In this document: piece by piece, positions 55,821-64,000 of the stretch | Layout: every line of letters starts with the position of its first letter | How positions within the stretch are numbered: the stretch's first letter is position 1 | From: an uncultured bacterium | GTDB taxonomy: Bacteria; Bacteroidota; Rhodothermia; Balneolales; DATFMH01 | Length of the DNA stretch: 64,000 nucleotides | NCBI GenBank assembly: GCA_963712305.1 | Contig: CAVQHI010000002.1 | Span: forward strand, 1,212,836 to 1,276,835 | Direction: 5' to 3' | Translations under genes and position numbers: made by a program | Notes under the pieces: generated by a model | The model's input: the letters and a program-made list of their open reading frames with translations, nothing else | Database searches by the model: none | What the model was told of the DNA's origin: nothing

Positions 55821-56662
55821 TGAAGCTTGCCACTCTGAAGGACGGCCGGTTGGTTGCTGTTTCAGATAATCAATTTGTAGCACTCGAAAAAGTTGGTTTT
55901 GAAGGAACCATGCTTGACCTCATTCGCGCCGGCAACGGGAAATTAGAGAGTATGGCAGATTTCCTCAGATACGTCACGGAAATGGAATCACTGGAAATTG
56001 AGGAACTGGATGCTCCACTGCAAAATCCTTCTAAAATTGTGGCGATCGGACTGAACTATGTCGATCATGCCTCAGAGTCAAAGATGGAACTACCGAAGTC
56101 GCCCCTGGTCTTTACCAAGTTTCCAAGCTCAATAACATCACCATTCGGACCGATTCTGATACCGATGAATCTTACCAATGAAGTTGATTATGAGGCTGAA
56201 TTGGGTGTTGTTGTTGGCAAAGGAGCTAAGAATATATCTCTGAAGGATGCTCTATCCTATGTATTTGGATATACCGTACTGAATGATGTGTCGGCACGTG
56301 ATCTGCAGTTTGGTGATCAGCAGTGGGTGCGGGGTAAATCTCTTGACACGTTTTGTCCAATGGGTCCGTACGTGGTTACTGCTGATGAAATTCCGGATCC
56401 TCAGAATCTTGAAATAGGATGCAGCGTCAATGGAGAAACGCTTCAAGATGCTAACACACGTGATATGATCTTCAAAGTTGCAGATCTCATATCTCAGTTA
56501 TCTCACTCCTTCACACTCGAGCCGGGTGATATAATAGCCACAGGTACACCGAGCGGCGTTGGATTCAGCAGGAAACCGCCAGTGTTACTCAAACCGGGTG
56601 ATATTGTTAAAACCTGGGTTAAAGGAATCGGTGAATTAGTTAATCCTGTTAAGAAAGCGTAA
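55820..56662 (+). CDS. Fumarylacetoacetate hydrolase-family protein; 2,4-diketo-3-deoxy-L-fuconate hydrolase by context
   Basis: FAH motifs are present: NYVDHA, PLVFTKF, DYEAELGVVVGK, GYTVLNDVSARDLQ, KSLDTFCPMGP and GDIIATGTPSGVG. Its start overlaps the fucD stop (TAATG). Confidence 0.8.
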   Translation: MKLATLKDGRLVAVSDNQFVALEKVGFEGTMLDLIRAGNGKLESMADFLRYVTEMESLEIEELDAPLQNPSKIVAIGLNYVDHASESKMELPKSPLVFTKFPSSITSPFGPILIPMNLTNEVDYEAELGVVVGKGAKNISLKDALSYVFGYTVLNDVSARDLQFGDQQWVRGKSLDTFCPMGPYVVTADEIPDPQNLEIGCSVNGETLQDANTRDMIFKVADLISQLSHSFTLEPGDIIATGTPSGVGFSRKPPVLLKPGDIVKTWVKGIGELVNPVKKA

Positions 56663-56667
56663 ATGAT

Positions 56668-57423
56668 ATGGACAGATTAAAAGGAAAACGTACGATTGTA
56701 ACAGGTGCGGCATCGGGCATCGGCAAAGCGATCGCCAAACGGTTTATTGAAGAAGGAGCGAAAGTTCTGGTTCTTGATGTTAATCCGGACACAGCCGCGC
56801 AGACGGCAAAAGAACTTGGTAGTAACGCTACTGCTATGTCGGTCGATGTCACGAATGCAAGCCAGGTAGAAGCTGCTGTCAAGAAGGCAAATGAAGAATG
56901 GGGAGGTATCGACGTCATTGTTAATAATGCGGGTGTGGGCGTTGCAGCAAAAACCGCCGAAACATCTGAGAACGACTGGCAACGAGTGATCGATGTGTGT
57001 ATGAAAGGGACCTTCCTTGGAATGAAGTACGTCATTCCCGTTATGCAAAAGCAGAAAAGCGGTTCTATAATCAACATGTCGTCTGTTGCGGCGCTTGTAG
57101 GTGTCGGTGACCGCGCAGCTTACTGTGCAGCGAAGGGCGGAGTCATGGCCTTAACAAGAGCGGCAGCTGTCGATCATGCCGGCGATGGTATTCGCGTGAA
57201 CTGTATTGCACCAGGTACAGTCGATACACCCTGGGTTCAGCGAATTACACAGGGGTATGATGATCCGGAAGCGGCGCGCACGGCAATGAAGGCGCGTCAG
57301 CCCCACGGACGCCTTGTCAAACCCGAGGAAGTAGCTGCCATGGCCGTATACCTGGCATCCGATGAAGCCGGCTCAACAAACGGTGCCGTAATGGTGGTAG
57401 ATGGTGGCTGGACCGCGAGGTAA
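56668..57423 (+). CDS. SDR oxidoreductase; 2-keto-3-deoxy-L-fuconate 4-dehydrogenase by context
   Basis: It has TGAASGIGKA, NNAG, the S..YCAAKGG catalytic motif, and PGTVDTP. Confidence 0.7.
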   Translation: MDRLKGKRTIVTGAASGIGKAIAKRFIEEGAKVLVLDVNPDTAAQTAKELGSNATAMSVDVTNASQVEAAVKKANEEWGGIDVIVNNAGVGVAAKTAETSENDWQRVIDVCMKGTFLGMKYVIPVMQKQKSGSIINMSSVAALVGVGDRAAYCAAKGGVMALTRAAAVDHAGDGIRVNCIAPGTVDTPWVQRITQGYDDPEAARTAMKARQPHGRLVKPEEVAAMAVYLASDEAGSTNGAVMVVDGGWTAR

Positions 57424-57576
57424 GATTTGGGAAGCGGTCAGTCGGTTGCTACATAGGAGCCCCCCGGACAAACCGTCAGGCCGCCATCTGAATGTTAGAT
57501 TTCACTTTTTGGTCTCTCTTTTAGATGGAATAGGTTCCCATTATTCCATGAATTCTGGGTTAAACAGCAAGTTCTA

Positions 57577-57599
57577 ATGAATTAGTTCTAAAGCAGATT
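57577..57599 (+). promoter_or_regulatory. 23-nt element ATGAATTAGTTCTAAAGCAGATT immediately upstream of lutA
   Basis: About 20/23 positions repeat at 58479-58500 upstream of lutB (ATGAATTAGT-CTAATGAAGATT). Its first 11 nt also occur upstream of rhaI. Confidence 0.35.
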
Positions 57600-57604
57600 T
57601 AATA

Positions 57605-58336
57605 ATGCGCATATCCCTTTTTATCACGTGTTTCAACGACACCATGTTTCCGGAGACGGGCAAGGCCACAGTTAAACTACTGGAGCGACTTGGTCATGAA
57701 GTAGATTTCCCGCTTGAGCAGACCTGCTGCGGACAAATGCACTTCAATACGGGTTATCAACAGGAAACAATCCCGCTTGTACGCCACTTTGTAGATGTCT
57801 TTGCAGACGCCGAAGTGGTTGTCGCTCCATCGGCTTCCTGTGTTGGAATGGTTCGTGAGTTTTACCCGCGTGTCGCAGAATTATCCAATGATGAGGAATT
57901 GCAGATAGCAGTGTCCAAATTGATTCCAAAAGTGTATGAATTATCGGAATTCCTGATTAACAAACTTGGAATCGAAGATGTCGGCGCCTACTATCCACAC
58001 AGGGTTACCTACCATCCGACGTGTCATTCTCTTCGCGTGCTTCATGTTGGGGATGCCCCGCTACGTTTGCTTAAACATGTGAAAGGCATCGATCTCATAG
58101 AATTGCCTGCAGCAGAAGAGTGCTGTGGATTTGGTGGCACGTTTGCTGTGAAGAATGCCGAGACGTCCATGGCAATGCTCGGTGATAAAATTTGCCATGT
58201 TAGAGAAACGGAAGCTGAGAAATGCACAGCATGTGATAATTCGTGCCTAATGCACATTGGTGGTGGACTAAGCCGACAGCGAGCGGGTGTTGAACCTGTA
58301 CATCTGGCTGAAATACTGGCCTCGACTGAGGAGTGA
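57605..58336 (+). CDS. lutA: Lactate utilisation protein A (CCG-domain Fe-S oxidoreductase)
   Basis: It has two cysteine-rich CCG motifs (EQTCCGQ, ECCGFGG), starts with MRISLFITCFND as LutA/YkgE proteins do, and is followed by lutB and lutC. Confidence 0.88.
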   Translation: MRISLFITCFNDTMFPETGKATVKLLERLGHEVDFPLEQTCCGQMHFNTGYQQETIPLVRHFVDVFADAEVVVAPSASCVGMVREFYPRVAELSNDEELQIAVSKLIPKVYELSEFLINKLGIEDVGAYYPHRVTYHPTCHSLRVLHVGDAPLRLLKHVKGIDLIELPAAEECCGFGGTFAVKNAETSMAMLGDKICHVRETEAEKCTACDNSCLMHIGGGLSRQRAGVEPVHLAEILASTEE

Positions 58337-58382
58337 TGACGACTAATAGTTTGTTTTTGCAAAACTGGAGTTCTTGTCATGC

Positions 58383-58423
58383 GGGGGCCAATCCCCCTAA
58401 CCCCCTTCGCCAGGGGGGAATTT
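58383..58423 (+). repeat. Twin G5/C5 hairpin element in the lutA-lutB spacer
   Basis: The sequence is GGGGGccaatCCCCCtaaCCCCCttcgccaGGGGGGaattt. The segment CCCCTAA-CCCCCTT..GGGG.ATTT parallels the 52801-52824 hairpin (CCCCTAAATCCCCTTAAGGGGATTT). Confidence 0.55.
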
Positions 58424-58501
58424 CGGCATTGAGACAAGTTTTGATCGGTTTTTTCCTTAGAAAATTTTAAATCATTTCATGAATTAGTCTAATGAAGATT
58501 G

Positions 58502-58516
58502 TTCCATCGGTAACAT
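58502..58516 (-). promoter_or_regulatory. LacI-type operator candidate (minus-strand ATGTTACCGATGGAA)
   Basis: The plus strand reads TTCCATCGGTAACAT. This is the fifth intergenic ATGTTACCG copy, about 90 nt upstream of lutB. Confidence 0.4.
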
Positions 58517-58604
58517 CTTGGATCTTTTACTCCCCATTAGAAAAGGGGGCTGGGGAGATTGAAAAGCGTAATCATAGTATCTCAGCGGTGAAAAAGGAGA
58601 TTAA

Positions 58605-60035
58605 ATGAGCACTCAGAACAACGGAAACATTACTTTTGAAGAATCGGCTCAGTCGTACCTGTCGAATACACAGCTCCGGCGGAATATCGGTCATGCTACA
58701 CACACTATCCGTATGAAGCGGGCTACGGTTGTCGGTGAAATGACCGATTGGGAAGAGTTGCGTGAAGCCGGCAGGTCGATTAAAAGCCATACTCTCAGAC
58801 ATCTGGATCATTACCTCCTGAAACTGGAAGAGTCGGTGATAGGTGCAGGTGGTCAGGTGCATTGGGCTCGCAACGGTGCAGAGGCAAATCAAATTGTAAC
58901 ATCGCTGGTGAAAGAGCATAACGTTTCAGAAGTGGTGAAAATGAAATCCATAACCACTGATGAGATTGGTCTTAATGATGCGCTTGAAAAAGAAGGTATC
59001 AAACCCATCGAAACTGATCTGGCAGAGCTCATTGTTCAGTTAGCCGAAGATACACCGTCACATATCCTGGTCCCTGCCATTCATAAAAACCGGGCGGAAA
59101 TCAGAGAGTTATTTCGTCGCACGATCGGTAGTAAAGATCTAACCGATCAGCCGGCCGAGCTTGCTGAAACGGCACGAAAGTATCTGCGTCAAAAATTTCT
59201 GAGTGCGAAAGTTGGAATCAGCGGAGCTAATTTTGCAGTAGCTGAAACGGGAACAGTGTCGGTTGTTGAATCAGAGGGCAACGGACGCATGTGTACGACG
59301 CTTCCGGAAGTGCTGATAAGTATTATGGGGATTGAAAAAATCATCCCTTCATGGCGTGATTTTGAAGTTTTTATGCAATTGCTTCCAAGATCATCGACCG
59401 CTGAACGAATGAATCCGTATAACTCATTTTGGACAGGCGTTACGAAAGGTGACGGACCCCAGGAGTTTCATCTTGTTTTGATGGATAATGGAAGAACAAA
59501 TGTGCTTGCCGATGAAATTGGGCGACAAACATTACAATGTATTCGCTGCAGCGCTTGCCTGAATGTTTGTCCGGTATATGAACGAACGGGTGGACATGCC
59601 TATCATTCAGTTTATCCGGGACCCATTGGTGCTATACTGACACCGCAGCTGAAGGGTCTTGATAAAAAAGGTCCGGCATCATTGCCTTATGCATCGAGCT
59701 TATGTGGAGCCTGTTATGAGGTTTGCCCGGTTAAGATCAATATCCCGGAAGTCCTGGTCCATCTCAGGGGGAAGATCGTTGATAGAAAAGAAAAAGAGGG
59801 AACAATAGGAGAAAAGCTGGATCCGGAACATGTTGCACTCAAGTATCTTTCGAGAGCTTTCACAAACCGTAAGAAATATGAACGTGTACAAAGGCTTGCG
59901 CAGAAAGGCCAGATGCTTTTTGTTAAAAATGGAACAATCTCACATTTGCCTGGCAAGTTGTCAGGTTGGTCGGCCATGCGTGATTTGAAACCCATCCCCA
60001 AAGAATCATTTCGTGACTGGTGGAGGAACCGATGA
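58605..60035 (+). CDS. lutB: Lactate utilisation protein B (LUD domain + 2x[4Fe-4S])
   Basis: It has the ferredoxin motifs CIRCSACLNVCPVY and CGACYEVCPVKI and a LUD/DUF162 region (ISGANFAVAETGTV..ESEGNGR). Confidence 0.9.
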   Translation: MSTQNNGNITFEESAQSYLSNTQLRRNIGHATHTIRMKRATVVGEMTDWEELREAGRSIKSHTLRHLDHYLLKLEESVIGAGGQVHWARNGAEANQIVTSLVKEHNVSEVVKMKSITTDEIGLNDALEKEGIKPIETDLAELIVQLAEDTPSHILVPAIHKNRAEIRELFRRTIGSKDLTDQPAELAETARKYLRQKFLSAKVGISGANFAVAETGTVSVVESEGNGRMCTTLPEVLISIMGIEKIIPSWRDFEVFMQLLPRSSTAERMNPYNSFWTGVTKGDGPQEFHLVLMDNGRTNVLADEIGRQTLQCIRCSACLNVCPVYERTGGHAYHSVYPGPIGAILTPQLKGLDKKGPASLPYASSLCGACYEVCPVKINIPEVLVHLRGKIVDRKEKEGTIGEKLDPEHVALKYLSRAFTNRKKYERVQRLAQKGQMLFVKNGTISHLPGKLSGWSAMRDLKPIPKESFRDWWRNR

Positions 60036-60697
60036 TGAATGCTGCAAAAGAAGAAATACTCACCAGGATTCGATTGGCACTAAAGGATGTGCCGCAGGAT
60101 GAAAATCCGGACGAATTACCCGAATTGCGTAGTTATCGAACGACTAGTAATGCGCCGCAGGAGAATCTCTGGTTGTTTGCTGAACGGGTTGGTGATTACA
60201 AGGCGGAAGTCACAAAAGTCAGTGCTGACCAATTGCCTGCTATCATTAAGGATCATCTGAGACTGCATGACATTAAGAGACTGGTTGTGCCCGACGGTAT
60301 TTCAGATGAGTGGTTGCCTGAAGATGTCGATTTGCTTAGGGACAATAAAGACAATCCACTGACACATTCCCAATTGGATAACAGCGATGGGGTTTTAACG
60401 GGTTGTGCCATAGCCGTCGCTCAGACCGGTTCGATTGTGTTAGACAGCGGAAAAGGTCAGGGACGCAGGGTCTTAACATTGCTTCCCGATTATCACTTGT
60501 GTGTAGTTTTTGAAGAACAAATTGTAGGCATCGTGCCGGAAGCCTTTGAGAAATTAAATGACGAGATGACAACAGATGGCCCCCCGGTAACATTTATTTC
60601 CGGTCCATCGGCAACCTCCGATATCGAGCTGAATCGGGTTGAGGGTGTTCATGGTCCGCGACAGCTGGATGTGATTATTGTTGGTAAAAGTACTTAG
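60032..60697 (+). CDS. lutC: Lactate utilisation protein C (LUD domain)
   Basis: The ATG at 60032 overlaps the lutB stop (ATGA); the ORF is tracked from GTG 60020. It has ILTRIR.., GVLTGCAIAVAQTGSIVL and HLCVV....IV, which are typical of LutC/YkgG. Confidence 0.85.
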   Translation: MMNAAKEEILTRIRLALKDVPQDENPDELPELRSYRTTSNAPQENLWLFAERVGDYKAEVTKVSADQLPAIIKDHLRLHDIKRLVVPDGISDEWLPEDVDLLRDNKDNPLTHSQLDNSDGVLTGCAIAVAQTGSIVLDSGKGQGRRVLTLLPDYHLCVVFEEQIVGIVPEAFEKLNDEMTTDGPPVTFISGPSATSDIELNRVEGVHGPRQLDVIIVGKST

Positions 60698-60751
60698 GGG
60701 TGCCTAAAGTACTTAAAGTTGATTAGTAAACATGGGTAACAGAGACGAAAT

Positions 60752-61588
60752 ATGCCGAAGGTAGATGCCCATCAACATTTCTGGAAATATAGTCCGGATA
60801 ATTATGGATGGATAAACAATGATATGTCCATTCTCAAAGAAGACTATCTTCCGGATAAATTGCAGGTTCATTTAGAGAAAAATGGTTTCGACGGTTGTGT
60901 TGCTGTTCAGGCTCGCCAGAATGAAGAAGAGAATGATTTTCTATTGGGACTTGCTGATGAATTTCCATTTATTAAAGGCGTTGTCGGCTGGGTAGATTTG
61001 CAGGCTGATAATGTCGAAGAGCGATTAGAGGCATTGTCCCAAAATCCGAAGATATGTGGACTAAGACACCTTGTTCAGGATGAACGGGATGACAGGTTTT
61101 TGTTGAGGAAGAAATTCGTGCGAGGAGTTAAAAGCCTGAAGAAGTTCAATCTTTGTTACGATATCCTGATTTTCCCAAAGCACCTCTCGGTTGCTAAAGA
61201 GTTAGTAAAGCAGTGTCCCGATCAAAAATTTGTAGTTGATCACATAGCCAAACCTATTGTTAAAGATGGGATAATTGAACCTTGGGCAAGAGGAATCAGA
61301 AGGATTGCGCTGCATCCGAATATATGCTGCAAGATATCCGGTATGGTTACCGAAGCGAGATGGCATCAATGGAAGAAAGAGGATTTCAGGCCTTACTTAG
61401 ATGTGATTTTTGATGCATTCGGTACAGAGAGGATAATGATAGGATCAGACTGGCCGGTCTGCAAGTTGTCGGCCGAATATGACGATGTGATTGGAATAGT
61501 GACGGAATACATATCGCAATTGTCTTTCGACGAACAGGAGAATATTATGGGAGGCAATGCCGTACGGTTTTACAATCTTAAGGTTTGA
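60752..61588 (+). CDS. Amidohydrolase-2 family protein; L-fucono-1,5-lactonase by context
   Basis: It has the N-terminal metal motif VDAHQHFW, VDHIAKP and MIGSDWPV. The ~280-aa length is typical of sugar-lactonase members of the amidohydrolase superfamily. Confidence 0.75.
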   Translation: MPKVDAHQHFWKYSPDNYGWINNDMSILKEDYLPDKLQVHLEKNGFDGCVAVQARQNEEENDFLLGLADEFPFIKGVVGWVDLQADNVEERLEALSQNPKICGLRHLVQDERDDRFLLRKKFVRGVKSLKKFNLCYDILIFPKHLSVAKELVKQCPDQKFVVDHIAKPIVKDGIIEPWARGIRRIALHPNICCKISGMVTEARWHQWKKEDFRPYLDVIFDAFGTERIMIGSDWPVCKLSAEYDDVIGIVTEYISQLSFDEQENIMGGNAVRFYNLKV

Positions 61589-61610
61589 ATTTATAAAGGC
61601 TGATTTGAAT

Positions 61611-61632
61611 GGATAAATCCCCGTGTTTATCC
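61611..61632 (+). terminator. Hairpin GGATAAA-tccccgtg-TTTATCC after the lactonase gene
   Basis: It has a 7-bp stem and lies 23 nt after the stop at 61588. It is weak and lacks a strong U-tract. Confidence 0.3.
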
Positions 61633-61696
61633 TACCGCGTATTTAGTAAGTTTCTGAACACCGTAAGCATCCAACAAAATTAAGAGGAAAATCACA

Positions 61697-62482
61697 ATGG
61701 ATCTTCATCTTAAAGACAAGATCATAATCGTAACCGGCGGTGCAGGGTTGCCTGGAAGTATTGGGGAAACAATCGTACGAAGCATTGCCGGTGAAGGTGG
61801 TATCCCTGTGATTATCGATAAAGACCAGCGTGGTGAATCATTTGCGGCATCACTTAAGGATGAGGACAAGGATTGCCTTTTTGTTCAGGCGGATCTTACC
61901 GAGGCCTACGATTGCAAGAGAAGTGTTGAAAAAACAATTTCGACTTACGGCAGGATTGATGGCTTGGTAAATAATCTCGGAGTGAATGATGGGATCGGAC
62001 TGAATCGCAGCTGCGAGGATTTTATCGATTCACTCAAGCTCAACCTGGTCCATTTTTTTGCCATGACCAAATATAGTGCAGACGCACTGGAAAAATCGAA
62101 AGGGTCTATTGTGAATATAGCATCTAAGGTCGCTGTGACCGGTCAGGGTGGGACCTCAGGATATGCTGCAGCAAAGGGTGGGGTGTTGGCGCTGACCCGT
62201 GAATGGGCCGTTGATCTTCATGAAGCTGGCATCAGGGTGAATGCGATGGTCATCAGCGAGTCATGGACACCGGGATACAGGGAGTGGATTCAGAAATTTG
62301 ACGAGCCGGAAGGAAAGCTTATCTCAATAACAAAGAAGATTCCGCTTGAACACCGAATGACAAAACCGGAAGAAATTGCGGATGCCGTTTTGTTTTTACT
62401 CTCCGATCGCTCTTCACATACAACCGGGCAACATGTTTACGTGGATGGCGGGTATGTCCATTTGGATCGGGCCATTTCCTGA
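61697..62482 (+). CDS. SDR oxidoreductase; L-fucose 1-dehydrogenase by context
   Basis: It has VTGGAGLPGSIG (a Rossmann motif with an insertion), NNLG, S..YAAAKGG, and adjacency to the lactonase gene. Confidence 0.6.
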   Translation: MDLHLKDKIIIVTGGAGLPGSIGETIVRSIAGEGGIPVIIDKDQRGESFAASLKDEDKDCLFVQADLTEAYDCKRSVEKTISTYGRIDGLVNNLGVNDGIGLNRSCEDFIDSLKLNLVHFFAMTKYSADALEKSKGSIVNIASKVAVTGQGGTSGYAAAKGGVLALTREWAVDLHEAGIRVNAMVISESWTPGYREWIQKFDEPEGKLISITKKIPLEHRMTKPEEIADAVLFLLSDRSSHTTGQHVYVDGGYVHLDRAIS

Positions 62483-62486
62483 TATC

Positions 62487-63824
62487 TTATTTTATTTCGA
62501 GCATCATCCACTTGCCGGTAAAAGCGCCTTGAAGCATATCTTCAGCCAGTAAATCCCACCCGACAAATCCCATAAATTTACCGCCTGATTGTTCGGCTGT
62601 TGGCGCCAGGGGAGCACCTGTTTCGGCATTGTAATCTTCATGCAAGGAACCATTTGCCTGAGCATCCTTTAAAACAAGTGTTCCGATCATGTAAGACAGT
62701 TCCCTTGCCTGTGATTTAAAACCATACCTCACGAGCATAATGGAATAAAGATAGTTTGCATTAATCCAAATAGGACCACGCCAATTCGAGTAGGGAACAA
62801 TAATATTCCGATTATTATAATCCGGATCCTGTTTAGAAAGACTCCTGAGGCCGAATCCTGATAACATATAGTCTGTGTTCCAAAGATATTTTTTAATCAT
62901 TGCACGTCCTTCACCAAGAGGGAGCAACCCTTGGAATAGCGGAATAAAATTCTGGAAACTGACCCGTTTAATAGGTTCGCCCCCATCCCTTCGAATATTC
63001 CAGAAAGAATGATCCTGGGGAAACCACAGATAATGCAACATGGCCTTTTTGAGATTTTGCGCTTTTTTACTGAAATAGGTCGCATCTTTAATATGTCCCA
63101 AATGTCGGGCAATTAAAGACATGCTCAGGTACTCTCTGAGTTGCCAGGTATTCATATCAGCTGCGATGATAGCTCCGCGGTCGTTGGGGGCATTTGTTAG
63201 CACAACACTGTTATCCGCACCCGATTCGCCGGCATTATCCCAATAGAAGAGTCCATAGTGTGGGTCCAACTGTGTTTTTTCCCTATATGCAAGAACTTCC
63301 TTTAACTTCAGATATATACTTTCAATCCACTGAAAAGTACCAAGCCGGCGCGATGCTATAAGTGCACCCTGAGATAGAAAAGGCTTCATTGCAAATTTGC
63401 CAAAGACAGGTCTTGGTCCCTTGGGTGTAATGCAACCAGAGACGTATCCGCTGTCATCAATGGCCTTGGCAAAATTCAATACCCACCATTTCAGGTATTT
63501 AGCCCTTTGAGGGTTTTCAGCAGCAAGATGACAACCGATGAAAAAACCGTCCCAATCCCACATTTGAGTATAGTATCCGGCAGGAATCAGATAATCGTGT
63601 GGGATGTAACCATTTGCTTTTTTGATAGACTGTGGTTCGAGTTTCTGAAATTGCTGATGAACTTGTTTATAGAGGTGTTGTATTTGTTCCTGTGTGATGC
63701 TGGAAGCTTGTTCGAGAGGAGTCCGGGATTTCTCATTTTGTGCTGCTGATCCATCCGGCCAAATAAATAGAATTCCTGACAGGATGAGCAGGGGTAAAAG
63801 ATGGTTAGTATTTTGTGTTTTCAT
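62487..63824 (-). CDS. (alpha/alpha)6-barrel glycoside hydrolase, GH63/GH37 (trehalase/MGH1)-like
   Basis: It has MWDWDGFF, YWDNAGESGADNS, GFGLRSLS, NWRGPIWINANYL and HEDYNAETG, which resemble the GH63/GH37 fold family. A signal peptide is present. Its stop is only 4 nt from the convergent SDR stop. Confidence 0.5.
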   Translation of the reverse strand: MKTQNTNHLLPLLILSGILFIWPDGSAAQNEKSRTPLEQASSITQEQIQHLYKQVHQQFQKLEPQSIKKANGYIPHDYLIPAGYYTQMWDWDGFFIGCHLAAENPQRAKYLKWWVLNFAKAIDDSGYVSGCITPKGPRPVFGKFAMKPFLSQGALIASRRLGTFQWIESIYLKLKEVLAYREKTQLDPHYGLFYWDNAGESGADNSVVLTNAPNDRGAIIAADMNTWQLREYLSMSLIARHLGHIKDATYFSKKAQNLKKAMLHYLWFPQDHSFWNIRRDGGEPIKRVSFQNFIPLFQGLLPLGEGRAMIKKYLWNTDYMLSGFGLRSLSKQDPDYNNRNIIVPYSNWRGPIWINANYLYSIMLVRYGFKSQARELSYMIGTLVLKDAQANGSLHEDYNAETGAPLAPTAEQSGGKFMGFVGWDLLAEDMLQGAFTGKWMMLEIK

Positions 63825-63854
63825 ATCCCTAATTGGAATGCTTTAATACAGTCT

Positions 63855-64000
63855 TAATCAACGAAGCTGTTTCTATTCCACCATATGTAAAAGAGTCCAA
63901 CTGCAGTAATGAGGCTACCCCACCACAAATCGGGATGAACGTGACCCACAACTGATGTTTCAGGTAGCGTAATGTACAGATTCAGAAATCCGGCAAGCAC
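63855..64000 (-). CDS. 3' end of an unidentified membrane protein gene (continues beyond the window)
   Basis: The reverse frame is open from the window edge to TAA (complement of 63855-63857). It reads VLAGFLNLYITLPETSVVGHVHPDLWWGSLITAVGLFYIWWNRNSFVD*, which has a hydrophobic segment. The ORF is too short to appear in the ORF track. Confidence 0.35.

Noticed and set aside
62480-62489. The convergent SDR and GH63/37-like genes have stop codons only 4 nt apart, with no terminator between them.
   Set aside because: Tight convergent packing is common in compact bacterial genomes. Nothing else is unusual at this junction.
1-64000. A search for tRNA, rRNA, CRISPR arrays, transposases, integrases, toxin-antitoxin genes or known defence genes.
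   Set aside because: No ORF has motifs of recombinases, nucleases, Cas proteins or toxins. No cloverleaf-like or rRNA-like segments and no regularly spaced repeats were seen. The window is a metabolic locus.

Overview
This window looks like a Bacteroidota-type genome: it has a SusC/SusD pair, lipoprotein and Tat-like leaders, and a high density of carbohydrate-active enzyme genes. About 91% is coding, and I recognise no rRNA, tRNA, CRISPR array, transposase or integrase. There are four blocks. (1) 1-14.4 kb holds an ECF sigma factor cut by the window edge, a deletion scar, a giant GH106-like hydrolase, a CE15-like esterase, two type-B carboxylesterases, a GH3, and an unusual esterase-MBL-cadherin-like fusion lipoprotein. 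(2) 15-34.7 kb is a SusC/SusD polysaccharide utilisation locus (PUL) with a second GH106-like enzyme and a GH78 rhamnosidase. It runs directly into a phosphorylative L-rhamnose operon (NCS1-like permease, RhaEW fusion, small membrane ORF, P. stutzeri-type RhaI, RhaB) and ends at a convergent SorC/DeoR regulator. (3) 35-54.3 kb carries GH13, GH29, a LacI regulator, uxaC, GH92, GH28, GH31, a heparinase II/III-like protein, a second GH3 and a DUF2264-like protein. (4) 54.5-62.5 kb is a complete non-phosphorylative L-fucose-type pathway (FucD, FAH hydrolase, two SDRs, amidohydrolase lactonase) with lutABC embedded in it, followed by a GH63/37-like hydrolase. Both deoxyhexose routes should end in L-lactate, which LutABC can oxidise. 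The most interesting non-annotated signals are these: an ATGTTAC-CG-type operator-like motif that occurs only intergenically around the LacI gene and its neighbours; an ATGAATTAGT element shared by the rhaI, lutA and lutB upstream regions; a 268-bp structured insertion that splits lutA from lutB; an 18/19-nt inverted repeat bracketing 115 bp between susD and the next hydrolase; a decayed C-terminal relic of a GH106-like gene beside an orphan sigma factor; and the tri-domain fusion enzyme. I see no defence, toxin or secretion system. All functional calls rest on my recognition of motifs in the translated ORFs and need confirmation by HMM or BLAST searches.
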